A stretch of DNA of 64,000 bases from Takakia lepidozioides (Eukaryota; Plantae; Bryophyta), in assembly GCA_030704615.1 (NCBI GenBank), contig CM060731.1, forward strand, positions 50,220,001 through 50,284,000, in the 5' to 3' direction. Each line of letters opens with the position of its first letter. Positions within the stretch are counted from its first letter, which is position 1. A model generated the notes under the pieces. It saw nothing but the letters and a program-made list of their open reading frames with translations. It ran no database searches and had not been told where the DNA came from. The position numbers and the translations under genes are program-made. Below, one piece after another: positions 1 to 13,434 of the stretch.

Positions 1-357
1 AGGACTGGTCACCAGTCTCAGGTCTTCGATCAACTTCAGGTCGAGGGTAGAAGGATCCCGAGCTTGGCTTGACACCAAATACAAGCGCTGCTCAGACTCA
101 TTGTCACTCAAGTTAGCTGCTCGTATCTGCCATACCCCAAAAATCTCTACACAGATAACGTTTCTTGTTCAATGTCTGTCAAAAACTCTCTGCATATTAG
201 GCAATTTGGCCTCAAGCTACCATCAAGCAACTACCCTGAGCAGCATTGGAATGGTCATAACTGATGGCTGCACACTAAGACTAAGGTAGCAACATAACAG
301 ACTGAGAAACCTTCTGCAAGCTGCAAAAGCCTAAACAGATCCAGCAACCAACAGGTC

Positions 358-955
358 ATGCATGCAGATGATGGAAAAGTCCTGACTTGGGGACATGGAG
401 GGCATGGCCAACTGGGCCACGACAATCTGAACAATGCCAAAGTGCCAAGTTTGGTTGAGGCATTGGCTGACCTCCGCGTTGTATTTGTAGCGTGTGGAAG
501 CTCCTGGATAGCTGCTATTACTGGTATAGACACCTTGCCTCTTGCTTTACTTGGGAGTTTATGGAGGGAGGTCTACCATGTGCTTCTTGCTTCATACATA
601 TGTGTCATACTAACACATTGAGCTCTTAAATCATGGTGCAAAATCTCTTCTCTCTCTCTCTCTCTCTCTCTTGAAGTCCACAAGCCAAACAACATATTAA
701 TAGCTTTGATGAAGACCTACGGGTATTTTCTTTTGTTTTGGCAGAGTCAAGTGAGTTGTATTCATGGGGGAAGAATCGTGACTGCCAGCTTGGGGTCCCA
801 GGACTGATGGACACTCAAATGCTGCCAGTCTTGGTCACCCTGCAACATGAGACTGATCAACAACCAGACTTGCCGTGTATGCGATCGCAGTGGCTGCTGG
901 AGCAAATCATGGCCTATGCCTAGCACACTCAATGCCACCTCTCCAACAAACCTAA
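358..955 (+). pseudogene. RCC1-repeat (UVR8/RCC1 family) gene fragment: two exons, frameshift near 875
   Basis: RCC1 motifs GKVLTWGHGGHGQLGH...VVFVACGSSWIAAIT and ELYSWGKNRDCQLG. The end of the repeat (AIAVAAGANHGLCLA, ~881-925) is in a different frame. A GT..AG intron lies at ~523-745. Confidence 0.7.
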
Positions 956-1242
956 CAGAAAAAGTAAACCACACTGAGTACCATGACCTTTCTTGAAAAC
1001 TATCCATTCAAGCATGTTCCTAATAGACATCACAATCGGTGTTACACTGTAATAAGTGCAAACCACTGACCAGAGATATATATACGTCCATATCTACTAT
1101 TGAGAAAGTGGTGACTTCTAGATAACATTCCCACACTTTGTCTTACACATCAATTAGATGAACCCCTTAAGAAGCATGATTGATTCGTCTTTGACCTGTC
1201 TTCACAAAAGCTAGCAAAGCCTGGGCAAAAGAGGCACACCTC

Positions 1243-2089
1243 TGTCTCGCGGCTTTTACTCACCCATCCCTTCGCTATCCGAGGCGGAAACTCCAAGATA
1301 GAAGAGTTGGAAATCTCTAAGTACTCAGCCCGCTCAGAACAATCAGTCATGACCTACAGCTAGTGTATCATGGGGGTGTTTCCTATTTGTTTTCCTTCCC
1401 GCATTCATGTTAGCTAGTTATCTTACTGCTGGTAATTAAGTATCAGTTTGCTCCATCAACTCATCCATTCATTCCACAGCTTCACTCAGATCCCTCTACA
1501 CAGTGTGAGTATGAAGTGTGTTTCAGATTAATATCTATCAAGTATCAGGCTAAAGTCCTGGAGTTTCTAATCTGCTCTACATTATAATTCTACTGCTTGC
1601 TATCATTAAGCATCAACAAATCCTCCTCCTACTCCGTGCTCTCCATCTTTCTGCTCAGAGATACGCTCTCTCCTCCTTTCCCCCAATGATGTCCGAAGTC
1701 TCCCCCAAGAAGTGCCCCCCTCTCGTCTCCGCTGCCCGCTTTATCCCTTCCCCCCTGTTCTAACCATTTTCCTTCACTAACCGTCCTCCGTGAATTACAT
1801 GTTCCTCGGCAGATGTTGTTCCCCACAGTCGTTCTCTGTCATGATAACCGTTCCCTACGACTGTGACAGCTGTGTCAGACTGTGACGGCTGTTTCGGCCT
1901 GTGTCGGGCTGTGACTGGCTGTGTATGGCTGTGACGGGCTGTGACTGTGACTGGTTGTGACGGGCTGTGTATGGCTGTGACGGGCTGTCTTAAAAAATTA
2001 AGGGTACCCCTCAGAACCCATAGAAGTGTCTAAGTCCCAGACTCCACAGAACCCATAAAAATGCCTAAGTCCCAGACTGCCTCCTAACA
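1243..2089 (-). repeat. 3' LTR of element 1
   Basis: Direct repeat of 13327-14108 with about 10 substitutions plus a copy-number difference in the GGCTGTGAC repeat; begins TGTCTC and ends TAACA. Confidence 0.95.
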
Positions 2090-2106
2090 TTACCCCTTCC
2101 CCTCTC
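2090..2106 (-). promoter_or_regulatory. Polypurine tract of element 1
   Basis: Minus-strand GAGAGGGGAAGGGGTAA directly abuts the 3' LTR. Confidence 0.85.
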
Positions 2107-2127
2107 AAAAAGCCGTGTCCTCACGGT

Positions 2128-5100
2128 TTACTGCTTAGGATCAGTAAATCTTTGTGAACGTGGTCCTGTCTGTTTGTGAGAGTGCCTTGGAGGGCTCTCT
2201 GTACGTGCCCGAGTTCTATGACTGCTTGCTGGAGATGCTTGAGTTGTACTTGTACCTGATTTGTTGCCCTTTGACTGAACCGGCTGTAATGGCTCTGGTG
2301 TGGGAGATCCCCGTCGTTTCTTGTCGTGCAGTGCTTGATCATATTCCTCCCATACGTCAAGAGTTTGTTTTGAAGATTCAGCTGTTGTGTCCGACTCTGT
2401 TTCAGTTCTGCAGTTTTTTGGTTTCTTGCCTTTTTGGTTTCTCTGGAATGAAAATTGGCATACAGTGTGGCCCCACATGTCAGGAACCTTAAGCTTCACA
2501 ACGTTGTGTAACTTGTTGAAAGCAAGTTGATTGAACTTCAACAATTCCTTCTCAGTGTAGGTGAGAGGTGTGCCAGTAACTTTGGAGCAATATAGGTATG
2601 CCAAGCTGTCTGCTCCTTATTAAAAATGTCGTCAATATGCCGTTTTTCGTTGCTCAAGTTGTTCCAGGCCCTGTTAAACCATGAACGGAGTTGTGAATCC
2701 CTCTGTAACATGATTTTCACATCATATAAATACGTATGATGCGGCACCACAGGTAAGGTCCAATGATCTGTAGTGGAATAAGTCAGAAATCTGGACTGCA
2801 TCTTCTGCTGCTCAATGTGGTAACGTGCAATGAAACAAGCAGTATAATAAATTCCACAGCCCATGACCAAACTCGCTACTTCCTTTGTTTTGGTGTGAAT
2901 GTGCCCATGAACAACCTGGAAAGCTATTAACTCCTTCAACATCGTGCCTGCCTCAGACCAGTACCTTGAAAAATGATGATCCTCAATGAGCTGATTCATT
3001 GCCAGAATCTTAGTCCGAGTGGCCACTGGCAACCAAATGCGCATTATTTGGTAGTAGTGTGGAAAGGATTGTGGAGGACCAAATTGATTCCACGCCAAAT
3101 CCAAACTATGTAGAATTTCATTGAAGGGCATGATCATTGCTCGGTTGTATTCCAGTGCAGCATGAGTCTTGGGTGGTTTGAAAGCAGCATTTCCCCATAC
3201 CTCAGGCCGTGCATCTGCAGTCATAGGAGATTTAGTAACCTGTACAGCCATCTGCTGTGAAACTGGTTCTATTGGTGTTTCCACCATTGGCATCCCTTGC
3301 ACTTCTTGCGAAGAAGACCCGAAAACTAGAGTTCTGGCCCTCAAATACGCCTCCATGAGATGTTCTTCAGGAATCATGAGCCTTTGGTCTATGTTTGAAC
3401 TCAAGTCCTCCACTTGAGTCTGCAGTGTATCCACATCCTCTTGGAGCTCTCCTATTCTACTATAGACATTGTCTATAGTAGTGGTGGCAATATTGCACTT
3501 GCAGCCTCAGGTCATTCATCTCCCCCTGGGTGAGCTTTCTCGGTGCTTTCCCTTCCACTGGCCCTTGTGCTAACCATACTTTTAAAAGTTGGTCATCCAC
3601 TCTGTCCTGTGTAACATCTCTAAGACTCTGCTCCTCCTTGAGTCTATAGGCATCTAACTGTTGTTGCAATCCTTGCATGCGCTTCTCATGAGGTTCAACT
3701 AAATTGGCATAAGCTGCAGCCAGATTATTGGCTTCCCTCGCTGCCTTGTTAGCTACAGAGAGTTGATTCCTATTCGACATAAGGGTGTTGTAACTCCACA
3801 ATGTACTTCTCCTGGTTAGCCTCAACCTGTTGTATTGCTGTAAAGCACCCTCATTGTGACATATTGTATCTTGAGGTCCACAATGAATTTGGCTTGCTCC
3901 ACTACCTCCGTTTCTGCCCTTACACATCGCTCCCTCTGCTGGGTGGCTTCTGTTGTGGCTTGCTCTAGAACATTTGGGAGGGTGGCACATTGCACCGTCA
4001 TTCTTTGATGTACTACCCCCAGCTCTGCCTGTTGTTCCTTTAGTCCTTGCATTTCATCCTCATGCTTGCTCTGCAATTGGAATAATTGCTGCTTGTGTAT
4101 CTCCTGCAGATGGTCTTGCTCCAGACCCCCTCAATCAGTTGCTGCTTAGCAAATTGCAGAGCATTCTTTGTTTCCCTTAACTCCTATTGCAACTGCAGAT
4201 GCACTTCCATCTCAACTTTGTTAACACCCTCGGTTGCCAACCGATTTTCGAACTCTCTTCTGAGTTCCTCCTTCAGAACTTCCAACTGAGTCATTGGAAC
4301 ATGTGACTTCATGTAAGTTCCCAACAAATTGAGGGTTCGGCTTATGGAGTTCATCAGCATAGCGTGCTGAGGCCCATCATGGTTAACATGCTGCTGTTCA
4401 CCCCCCTTATCCATAGGATAATGCCTCACAAACCACTCAGGCCACTGCTCCACCAGATCCTCCTTCTCAATTTCCTCATTTCTCCCAGATGCTGCTGTGT
4501 CTTGATGTTCCTCTTCTGGAACTTGTGGCGTGGTGGGGGTATTACCTGCACATCAGGAAGTTCACTGGACAGATTTTGGACCTCTAGCTCCACTCTCTCT
4601 CTGAGCAAACTAGAGTCTTCGTAGAGAAGATCACCTCTCTCAATCTCTGCCACCACTTGCTCTGTAGTTGGAATATCTAACCCTTCTGTTTCCAAATCTA
4701 TTATTTGTGGAGGAACCGCATGGACCACTTGTGGTAACTCTGTGGCAAGCCGTTCACCTGGCTGTGATGGCTGTGATACTGAATTGACTTCCTGTTCCCT
4801 CTCCACAGGTTGTGCTGTTTGTAACCCTTGATCTCTGTGCTGCTGTACCCTCTCCTGCACAAGAGCTTGAGTAACTTCTTCCTCCGGCTGCCTTGTAGCC
4901 AATGGTTCGGCTTCCAACGTGATCCCTTTCCTCTGTCTTTTGGGCTGTTGATGCTCTGCCAATCCCCCTTCACCCTGTGAAGAACCTTGCTCTTCTATGG
5001 TAGTGGTTGTTATTTCAAACACTCCCATTTCCTTCCTTTCTCTCGCATCAAGTACGCATGAGTCTAGGATGATTTGTGCAATGACTGGCCCAGATACTAT

Positions 5101-5690
5101 GATAGGAGATTTAGCGGCAGTTCCCTGCAATCTTTTCATCTCCTCTACCAGTCCGTTGTACATGATGTTCTCCCATGCTACCTCTTCTCCTCTCAGGCCT
5201 TTGAGTATTTCCTCTGTGAAGGATCTGCTCAAATATTGCTGGTTCTGTTTCATGGTAAACAGAACGTTCAATATTTGGCCCACCTCCCTGAGCCCTGGGT
5301 ACACCGCTTTGGTACAAGCATAGCCTTGAGTTTTAAAGAAACTCCCTTCTTCAAACAAATCTTTCATCTGCAATTTAGCCTGTGCTCGTCCACATGAACC
5401 TGACCTGCTGGCAATGAAAACAGTTGCTGTAGGTATAAGGGAGTAAGTTCTAATTCAACTCCCTTCACCATTGTGGCTCCTGTCTTTGGGTCAAAGTTCT
5501 GCAAGAATTCTAACATGTACTTCCGATGGTGCAATGTCCAATCCTGTTTGCAATCCTTGTAATCGCAGTTCCGTCAGTAACTTCACCGCGTATGGCGTCG
5601 CAATCGTCTATTTCTGCAAGATTGTGGTGCTTTTCAGCTTGATGTCCTCCATCCCTCTTACTCTCTTCATTTTAGAGAAACCGTAAGGCT
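2128..5690 (-). pseudogene. Frameshifted extra ORF downstream of integrase (Athila/Tat-like 3' accessory protein, coiled-coil rich)
   Basis: Overlapping sense-strand ORFs 4426-5373, 4184-4453, 3822-4076, 3460-3990, 2538-3434 and 2128-2604 tile the region between INT and the PPT. E/Q-rich heptads are present. GEEVAWENIMY...SGPVIAQII resembles plant retrotransposon accessory domains. Confidence 0.6.
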
Positions 5691-6359
5691 ATGGCTGTAA
5701 CAACTGAAGTAATGCCTGCAGAGCACAAAGCACAAACGTATGATTGCCACAAAATGCTATGGGTAGTGTCCTGTAAACCTGCGGGGCTTGCAAGCATTGA
5801 TAAAGAGAAAAATTACTCTGTGTTGTTCTGTTTCCTCGCCACTGCGTGAGTAGTATCACGAGCGTATAATCTGCTAGTTCTCTCATAGCTTCAAAACTAT
5901 CGCATTGATTGTCTGTCCCGTCAAGACGCCCGTTACCTGGAACGACGCCGACTCTGGCGCTCAGAACCATTTCACTTTCTTGAAGTTGCTCCTGCTTCAT
6001 GATTGGCTGTAACCGCTGTGACTGGATTTTAGAATTAATTTTCTTTAGTGGATTTTCCCCGCTGGCCTGTCCACTAGGATAACACACGTGACAAGAAATT
6101 TGTTTTTCTGTATTCGCCGTATGTTCCGTTACCCTTTTTCCGTATGCATTAATGGGCCCGCCATTCATCCTCTTTGACGTAGTAGGTAGGTACTTTGACG
6201 GCCACTCCTGTCCTTTTTCTTGATGACACTTGTTCTTGCAGCTCCTTCTCAGCTGTGCGTCACGGCCTGACTTCCACGCGTCCACTTTTAAACTGACTTC
6301 CGCCCTTTCTTCCGCCGGCCATTTCCTGATGTTTTCTTTGTCCACCTGTCACTAATCCT

Positions 6360-6600
6360 ATGGACTGTGTGTCTCATTGGCTGTGTGAGGCTGTGACGGC
6401 TGTGTGCCGCCCTGTGCTAGGCTGTGCACGACTGTGTGACACTGTGCTGGGCTGTGATAGGCTGTGTGACCTTATGTGGGTGTGATGGGTGCTGTGACCC
6501 TATGTGGGCTGTGATAGGCTGTGTGACGTGTGATGCTATGATATGATGGGCCTGTGATAGGTGTGTTTCGCCTTGTGGGGCTGTGATAGGCTGTGTCACG
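6360..6600. repeat. Degenerate GGCTGTG(T/A)-type tandem repeat inside element 1
   Basis: Repeated ggctgtg/ggctgtgatagg units, the same motif as the LTR microsatellite. Confidence 0.7.
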
Positions 6601-6764
6601 CTTGTTCTGCCCGCCTTGGTCATATATGCTCGGCCTAGCGACAAGTCTCCATACTCCGTTGGTAACACTGGCGCAGCCCGTGACTGCTCTTGCGTTTCAA
6701 CATGCAAATCATGCTGCAATGGTTTTGTCATGGATACCACTGTACCCCTTCAACTTATTGGCAT

Positions 6765-9700
6765 TCACCTTCCCAGCATTTCTTTGTTAATGGTTTGTAA
6801 CATGGCCGTGTTGTTAATACATCTTTTGTATGACATAAGGTCTTTTCCATGGTGATTTAAGCTTAGAAGCTTTAATCTTCCCTTCTTCTGCAACCATAGA
6901 ACCAAATCTCCCGTCTTAAAAGTTTTTAACTTGCCTTCATCAAACTGTTCCTTCCTCTTCATCTGAATTCTGGTCATATTATCAGCTGCATCAGCACGTA
7001 CTTCTTCCACATGGTATAATTCATGTTTCCTGACCTTAATGGAATCTTGCAATTCCATTCTTTCCCCATTCCATTCTCATGGTAGGTAACAGAATTCCAC
7101 TGGAAGTAAGGCTTCCATACCATAAACTAATTGGAATGGTGTATACTTAGTGGTGACTTTATATGATGTCCTGTATGACCACAAAGGCTGTCAGCAGCTT
7201 TGTATCCCAATCCGTTTTGTTTGCATTGACTATTAGCCAAGATAGTACATAGTATTTGTTGGTAGCCTTTGCCTGCCCATTACCCTGTGGGTAATACGTT
7301 GTACTCTTCCTATGCACAATCATGAACTCTTTAGTCAATAATTCAATGGTCTCATTAATGAAGTGACTTCCCTGATCACTGATAAATTCCATGGGACAGC
7401 CAAATCGTGTAAGTATGTTCTCATACAAAAAACCTTGCTGTGGACTTGGCTGTGTTGTCCCTCAAAGCTTTAGCTTCCACCCACTTCGTAGTATAATCAG
7501 TGGCTGTAAGTATGTACCTGTTTCGTGTATTCTTGGCTGGTGGGTTAATCGGTCCAACAAAGTCTAGTCCCCATTTCTGAAATGGTTCCGTAGGCATGTA
7601 GGATGCAAGGCCATCCTTCCAGATCTCTGCAAAGGTCCTAGCCTCTGACATTCATCACAACTTTGACAATACTTGTGTACATCTTTGAATAAAGTAGGCC
7701 ACCAGTAACCTGCGAGTAGTATCTTTCTACTGGTAGTCTCTCTCCAAAATGACCTCCAGCCACTCCTTTATGAACTTCCTCCAAAACTTTATTTACTTCA
7801 TGGTGGTACAAGCATCGTTTTAGTACTCCATCAGGTCCTAGCTTATACATTCTGCTTCTTACCATAATATAAGGGTAAAGCTTTGATAGCGATCTCTTCC
7901 TCTGCTCCTTACCATAACTAGGTGGGCATTGACCATGAGTAAGGTAGTATGGATTGGCCACTGCCAATCTAACCATTCATCTGCACTTCCTTGCACCTCC
8001 ATTACAAATAAAACTCGCATCAGGTAACTGATCGTCCACTCATGTGGCGGCATCTCCTGTTGTTAGTCGTGACAAATGATCTGCACAAGATGCAAACGGC
8101 CAGGCTTGTAAATAACTCGAACTCAAACTCATGCAAGATTATTAACCACCTCACTATCCTTCCACTTATCAAAGGTTGTTCACCAGATATATCAGAGCCT
8201 GGTGATCCACATAAAACATAAACTTTCTTCCAATAGGTAATGCCTGAATTTCTTGACTGCATAAATCATTGCCAGTGCTTCTCTTTCAGTTGTGCTATAG
8301 TTCCTTTCAACACTGTTCATCAACCTGCTAGCATAGTACACAGGTGAATCTATATTTCCTGAACATTCTAGGCTAACACCGCTCCCAACGCTTCTCCTGA
8401 TGCATCGCAGTGAACATGAAATACTACATGCCAGTGAGGGTTAATCAGCACAGGTGTAGTGTTACTGACAATGTAAGTTCCTCAAACGCCTGTTGACATT
8501 CAACTGTCCATGCAAACACTGCATCTTTCTTCAGAAGCTTGCTCAATGGGCTGCTATTTGTGCATACCTTTTGACAAATCTTCTGTAATAACTGGTTTGC
8601 CCAAGGAATCTCCTTAAACTCTTAACATTCACTGGTGGTGGAGAGGCTTTAATGGACTCTGTCTTCTTGGGATCCACAAGAAGTCCCTCTTACAACAATG
8701 GTCCCAGAAGCACCCCTGAGTTCACAACAGAAGTACACTTCTCTGGATTCAAGCCCAGACCTCTCATCCTGCATCTGGCCAGACATAACTCCAATTTATG
8801 CAAGTGCTCATTCTTAGAGTACACACTGAAATCATCCAAGAACACCTGCATGAAATCATCCAGATACTCATGAAAAGATTCACTTATTACTCTCTGAAAG
8901 GTTGCTGGTGCATTACAAAGTCCAAAGGGCATGACTTGTATGCATAAGCACCCCAGTCTGATGAATGAAAGCTGTCTTTCCTTGATCTTCTTCTGCCACT
9001 TGCACTTGATTATAACCACTGAAGCCATCCATGAATGAGTACATCTCATGGCCTGCCACAGTGTCCAATACTGCTTCTGTGAATGGCAAAGGGAAAGGAT
9101 CTTTCTTCGTACAAGCATTCAGCTTCTTGTAGTTCACACATACTCTTAGTTTACCATTCTTCTTGGGAACTATAACAATGGGTGACAACCAAGTTGTATA
9201 CTCTATGGGTATATAAACTTTAGCCTCAGCCAACTTCTTGATCTCTTCTCCAACTCTGTGCGTAGTTGGGATTCATCTTGTATCTCGCCTGTTAAACTGG
9301 TATTGATCCTGGTTCCAGTTCAATCTTATGTTGACAGATCTCAGGTGGTATCCCTTCAGATCTCATAGCTCCAAGCAAATACATCTCTGTATTTAATGAA
9401 CAGACTCTTTGCTTCCTCAAAGAATTCTGGCTCTAGATCCGCCCCTACCTTCACCATCCTTGGTTCCTTCTCTGTTTCCCACATTACTTCCCTCACCTGC
9501 TCATCAGCTGTGTATTGTCCAAACCAGTCACCACTTCTTCCCGTAAGCTCACAGTGGCTGGTTCCTCTAGGATTTCCATTTCTCCTTCTTTCTTCATAGA
9601 AATGGGGATGGGTAACTGCTGGTTCCTCTTCAGTGGTGTTGCTGTCACTACACCACAGCAGATACCTCTTAACAAATTAGGCTTTCCAGCCGATCTCTGC

Positions 9701-12700
9701 AACCTGCTCCCACTCTGCAACCTGCTTCCCACTCTGGGGGGGGTGGTGCAGCAAACAAAGGTAGCTTCCTGTTCCTCATCCAGTTCTTTTCCAATCATAC
9801 TCTCTGACCCTCTTGGTCTTCTGTAGCAGATTAGTCTTTCAGTTAGTGGTGATTGTATCTGTTCAACCCATCCTGCACAGTCAGTAACTGTGAAATTCCA
9901 ATCATGAGACACCTTGGTTGTTTCAGCCATGGTCTTCCCAACAATAAGGAATAAGCTTCCAGGACTTCATTCATCTTCAACACAGTTACTGTGATCTTAA
10001 AGATCATCTTTTGAATCTGGATTTTAACTCCTCTGATTAATCCCAATGGCTGTACACTCCTTTGGTCTGCCATGGTTACTGTAAATGGGGCTGGTTTCAT
10101 GTTGTTTAGACCTAGCTTCTGTCTCAATTGGTCTGTCATGATATTCACACCAGAGCCTCCATCTATCAGTACATCTGCCAGCTCTGTGCTTCCAATTCTC
10201 AACTGGATAACGGGCATAGAATCATCAAAATCCATGACTGTTTCTTGCCCTTCTGGCCTCACATTATAACTGGTCACCTTGCTGTTCAGGTCTGTGTTCT
10301 CTGTCAATTGGGCAATCCTGTTGATTGCTTGATACAGCCTGTGTCTACAATAAGGTGCCACAGCTAATAGCTGTTCCAATGGTAATTTCCACTTTGGACT
10401 GGCATATCACTTCAGCCAATGTCCCTTCCTTACCCTGCACTTCTGCAGCTTCCCTCTTTCCTTCTTCCTCACTGACCTCTTCTTCTCCTTCAGAGTCTGA
10501 GGAGTCTACCATGGGAATATCAGTACTCTTCTGCATTTCCCGTATGGTATCCGCCACTTCCTTGTGCAGTTCCTTCTCATCTCTCCAAGCCTCATCATCT
10601 TCAGGCACATCACTGCCATCTTCATTATCATCAACTTCATATTCCACTGGAGGTACTATTTTGGCTCTGCTTCTTGTTACTATCATTGTACTCACTTCCG
10701 GTACAATACATGGCCTAACCATGTGGGCTGCCACTACTGGCCCCTCATTCCCAGGAGCTCTCATCTCATTCTGGTGTCTGATCCAGAATGGACAAGCCGC
10801 CTTACGATGTCCTGTCTGATTACAATAGTAACACAGTTCTTCTCCATTGGGTCCTCGCCCTTGGTCTGCTCTGGGATTATTTCTGTAATCCTGATTCCCT
10901 GGCTGGTAATTCCCTCTTGGATTACCCTAATAGCCACCCCTGGGATGTCCCTGGTAATTCCCTCTTGGATTACCTCTCCTTTCCATGCCATTGTTATAAC
11001 CACCTGTCCTACCATAGTGGTCTTGATCATTGTTTCTTCTTGGCTGGGGTTGCACTTGATGCACCCTTACTTGCCTAGGCTCTCTTACTGCTGTTCTTCT
11101 GTTGTAGTAACAATTCTCTGTAGAATGGTTATCCATTTTACAGATAGTGCAGTGTTTTCTCCTTCATGTGGCATTCAGTAGTGGTGTGGCCTTCATTCTG
11201 GCATTTTGCACACCAAACACCCTTCCTCCAATGTGTTGCAGCCTCTGTGGCATATTTTTTCAAGATTTCTTCTAATCTCTTCTCATAATTTTCCCTCTTC
11301 ATCTTTTCCTTCTTTTTACTCTTCTTCTTATGCTCCATCTCCTCTTCTTCTTCTGACTCATCCTCAGAGTCCTCTTCATCTCTTTTCTCCTTCCTGAGCA
11401 TTCCCAACTGCTCAATTCTGTTTGCTGTTTCAAATGCCTCCTCCACTGTATTGTGGGGTAACATGTCTACTTTCTTTGCAACTCTGGCCTTAGTCCATTC
11501 ACAAACCAAGCCTTCTGCAATCCTGGTGCTGGTATAGCAGCCAACTTTTTCATCATCAACTCCATTTTCTCCATATACTCTTCAACAGTTTCATGCTTCT
11601 TCTGCTTCAGCTGCTGTAAACTCCCATACACTTCATCCTCAGTTTTACTGGTCCTGAACCTATTTCGGAACGCTGTACTCAAGCCATTCCAAGTTAGGAA
11701 ATGATTATCAGGGAATCTTGCATACCATTCACTGGCTTTCTTTATAAGTGAACACGGAAACAGTCTCATCTTGGCATCATCGCCATTCTCATTGTTCACT
11801 ATACACATGTGCTCAAATTGGCTAATGTGTACATCAGGATCCCCTTTCCCTGAATATATCGGAAAAGGTGGTTTAGCCCGTGTTGGTTGTAACGCCATCT
11901 GCAACCCTACACTCTGCCCCCTGACAGTTGTTGGCCTTTTGGCTGATGCTGGTCCTTGTGGACCTGTAGTATTTGTGGTGGTTCTTCCACCAATTACTGG
12001 CCCCTGAACCCTTCTGTTCCTGGCCTTTCTATATTCACAGTATTCCCAGCCTCAGTTGCACTACTTTCCACACTCCCTGTCCCCCCAGAGCCAGATCCAG
12101 GTCTTCCGCCTGATCCCTCTGAGCCGACACCTTCGTTGGCATGTGATCCAAGTGCTCAACTTGATCCAGGTCCAACGGGTTGGGATGTCCTGGTTGTAGT
12201 CTCAACCTCAGCTGCTGGGTCTACTTCTTCATATTCTTCCTCTTCCAATTTCTTCTCTCTGTTTTCATCCTCCAAGTTCTGCCCTTGGTTTTTCTTCTTC
12301 TTCACTCATGTAACTATTTTGTAATAATGTTGGAGAGTTTGAACTCTCCGCTGGTTCTGCATCCTCCTCTTCTGCTCCCGAAACTGGAGTTCCTGCTCTT
12401 GGTGTTCTATGCCAACTCTTATCAAAGATTTCTGCCAAATCTTTTATCCAGGGATGTACCTCAGATCTTCCACCTGGTGGTTGATCTTCTTCCTCTGCCA
12501 AGTCCCTTAATCTTTCTTGCAAAGAAAAAGAAGGTGTGGTATCCAACTCTAGCTCCTTTGGTGTAGGTGATGTACTCCCTGATCTCAATGGTGTGAGAGG
12601 TCCAGATGATTCCCCAATGTCTATTCCTCTCTCCCACAGGTATGGATAATGAGCTTTCAGATAACTTTCTCTTTTTGCTGAATATCTTTGGAGTCTAGCT

Positions 12701-12717
12701 TCTCTTTCATCACTCAT
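6765..12717 (-). pseudogene. gag-pol of element 1, heavily frameshifted
   Basis: Gag (PIYSGKGDPDVHISQFE...LFPCSL) and zinc knuckle CAKCQNEGHTTTEC; protease VLIDGGSGVNIM (9843-10379); RT MPFGLCNAPATFQR/VFLDDF (8690-9233); integrase [29 protein letters not shown] (6765-7976). Confidence 0.92.
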
Positions 12718-12738
12718 GTCCCATATCTTTCATTTCTT

Positions 12739-13434
12739 TTAGTGTGGCAACAACCAAAATTCTCTCCTGTAGTATCTCTCATATATGCCTGGGTTTCTTT
12801 CCAGCTTCAATGTACCTCTGACTATACTGGAAGTCTCCGTTACCATATAACCATATGGTAAACAAGTCGGAAAAGCTGTTCTTGGTGTAAGTTTGATCCA
12901 CAAGATATCCTTTGGAATCCAATTCTTTACCAATACAAGCTCCTCATGCATATGAGTGTAAACATTCACTTTCCTTTCCTCCCAGCTTTCAAACTCTACC
13001 CGCTTAATAGATAGTAAGGCTATCACATAAACCAATGTTGGTAACCACCGTGCTCTTCCTCTACAGGCTACCTGATAAATCTTTATCACTCCTTTCTCCA
13101 GACCCCATTCCGGATCAGCATCATGCACTCGCTTAAGAATATTTTCTTTACAACCGTCTGGCAATTCCAAGAACCTTTGAAAGAATTGTTTGGACAATCT
13201 TTCTTCCTTCGTTCCACAGGGAATTTGATTCACTTCAAATTCTTTAATCCTCCAACCACCATGATCCCACCAGATGCCTGTCACATCTGGTTGTTCATGA
13301 CTCAGTTCCCCAGTATGGTCGCCAAATGTCTCGCGGCTTTTACTCACCCATCCCTTCGCTATCCGAGGCGGAAACTCCAAGATAGAAGAGTTGGAAATCT
13401 CTAAGTACTCAGCCCGCTCAGAACAATCAGTCAT
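12739..13434 (-). CDS. 231-aa extra ORF of unknown function upstream of gag; starts inside the 5' LTR and reads through the PBS
   Basis: Intact ORF. A second copy at 42377-43072 is intact and differs at 12 of 231 residues. Confidence 0.65.
   Translation of the reverse strand: MTDCSERAEYLEISNSSILEFPPRIAKGWVSKSRETFGDHTGELSHEQPDVTGIWWDHGGWRIKEFEVNQIPCGTKEERLSKQFFQRFLELPDGCKENILKRVHDADPEWGLEKGVIKIYQVACRGRARWLPTLVYVIALLSIKRVEFESWEERKVNVYTHMHEELVLVKNWIPKDILWIKLTPRTAFPTCLPYGYMVTETSSIVRGTLKLERNPGIYERYYRREFWLLPH
13307..13324 (-). promoter_or_regulatory. Primer binding site, tRNA-Arg-like
   Basis: Minus-strand TGGCGACCATACTGGGGA lies 2 nt after the 5' LTR; TGGCGACC matches the 3' end (GGTCG-CCA) of plant tRNA-Arg. 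Confidence 0.75.

Noticed and set aside
5689-6345. 218-aa ORF as a real gene
   Set aside because: No recognisable motifs, a non-ATG start and composition unlike the neighbouring accessory ORF; probably the non-coding leader of the 3' extra ORF.
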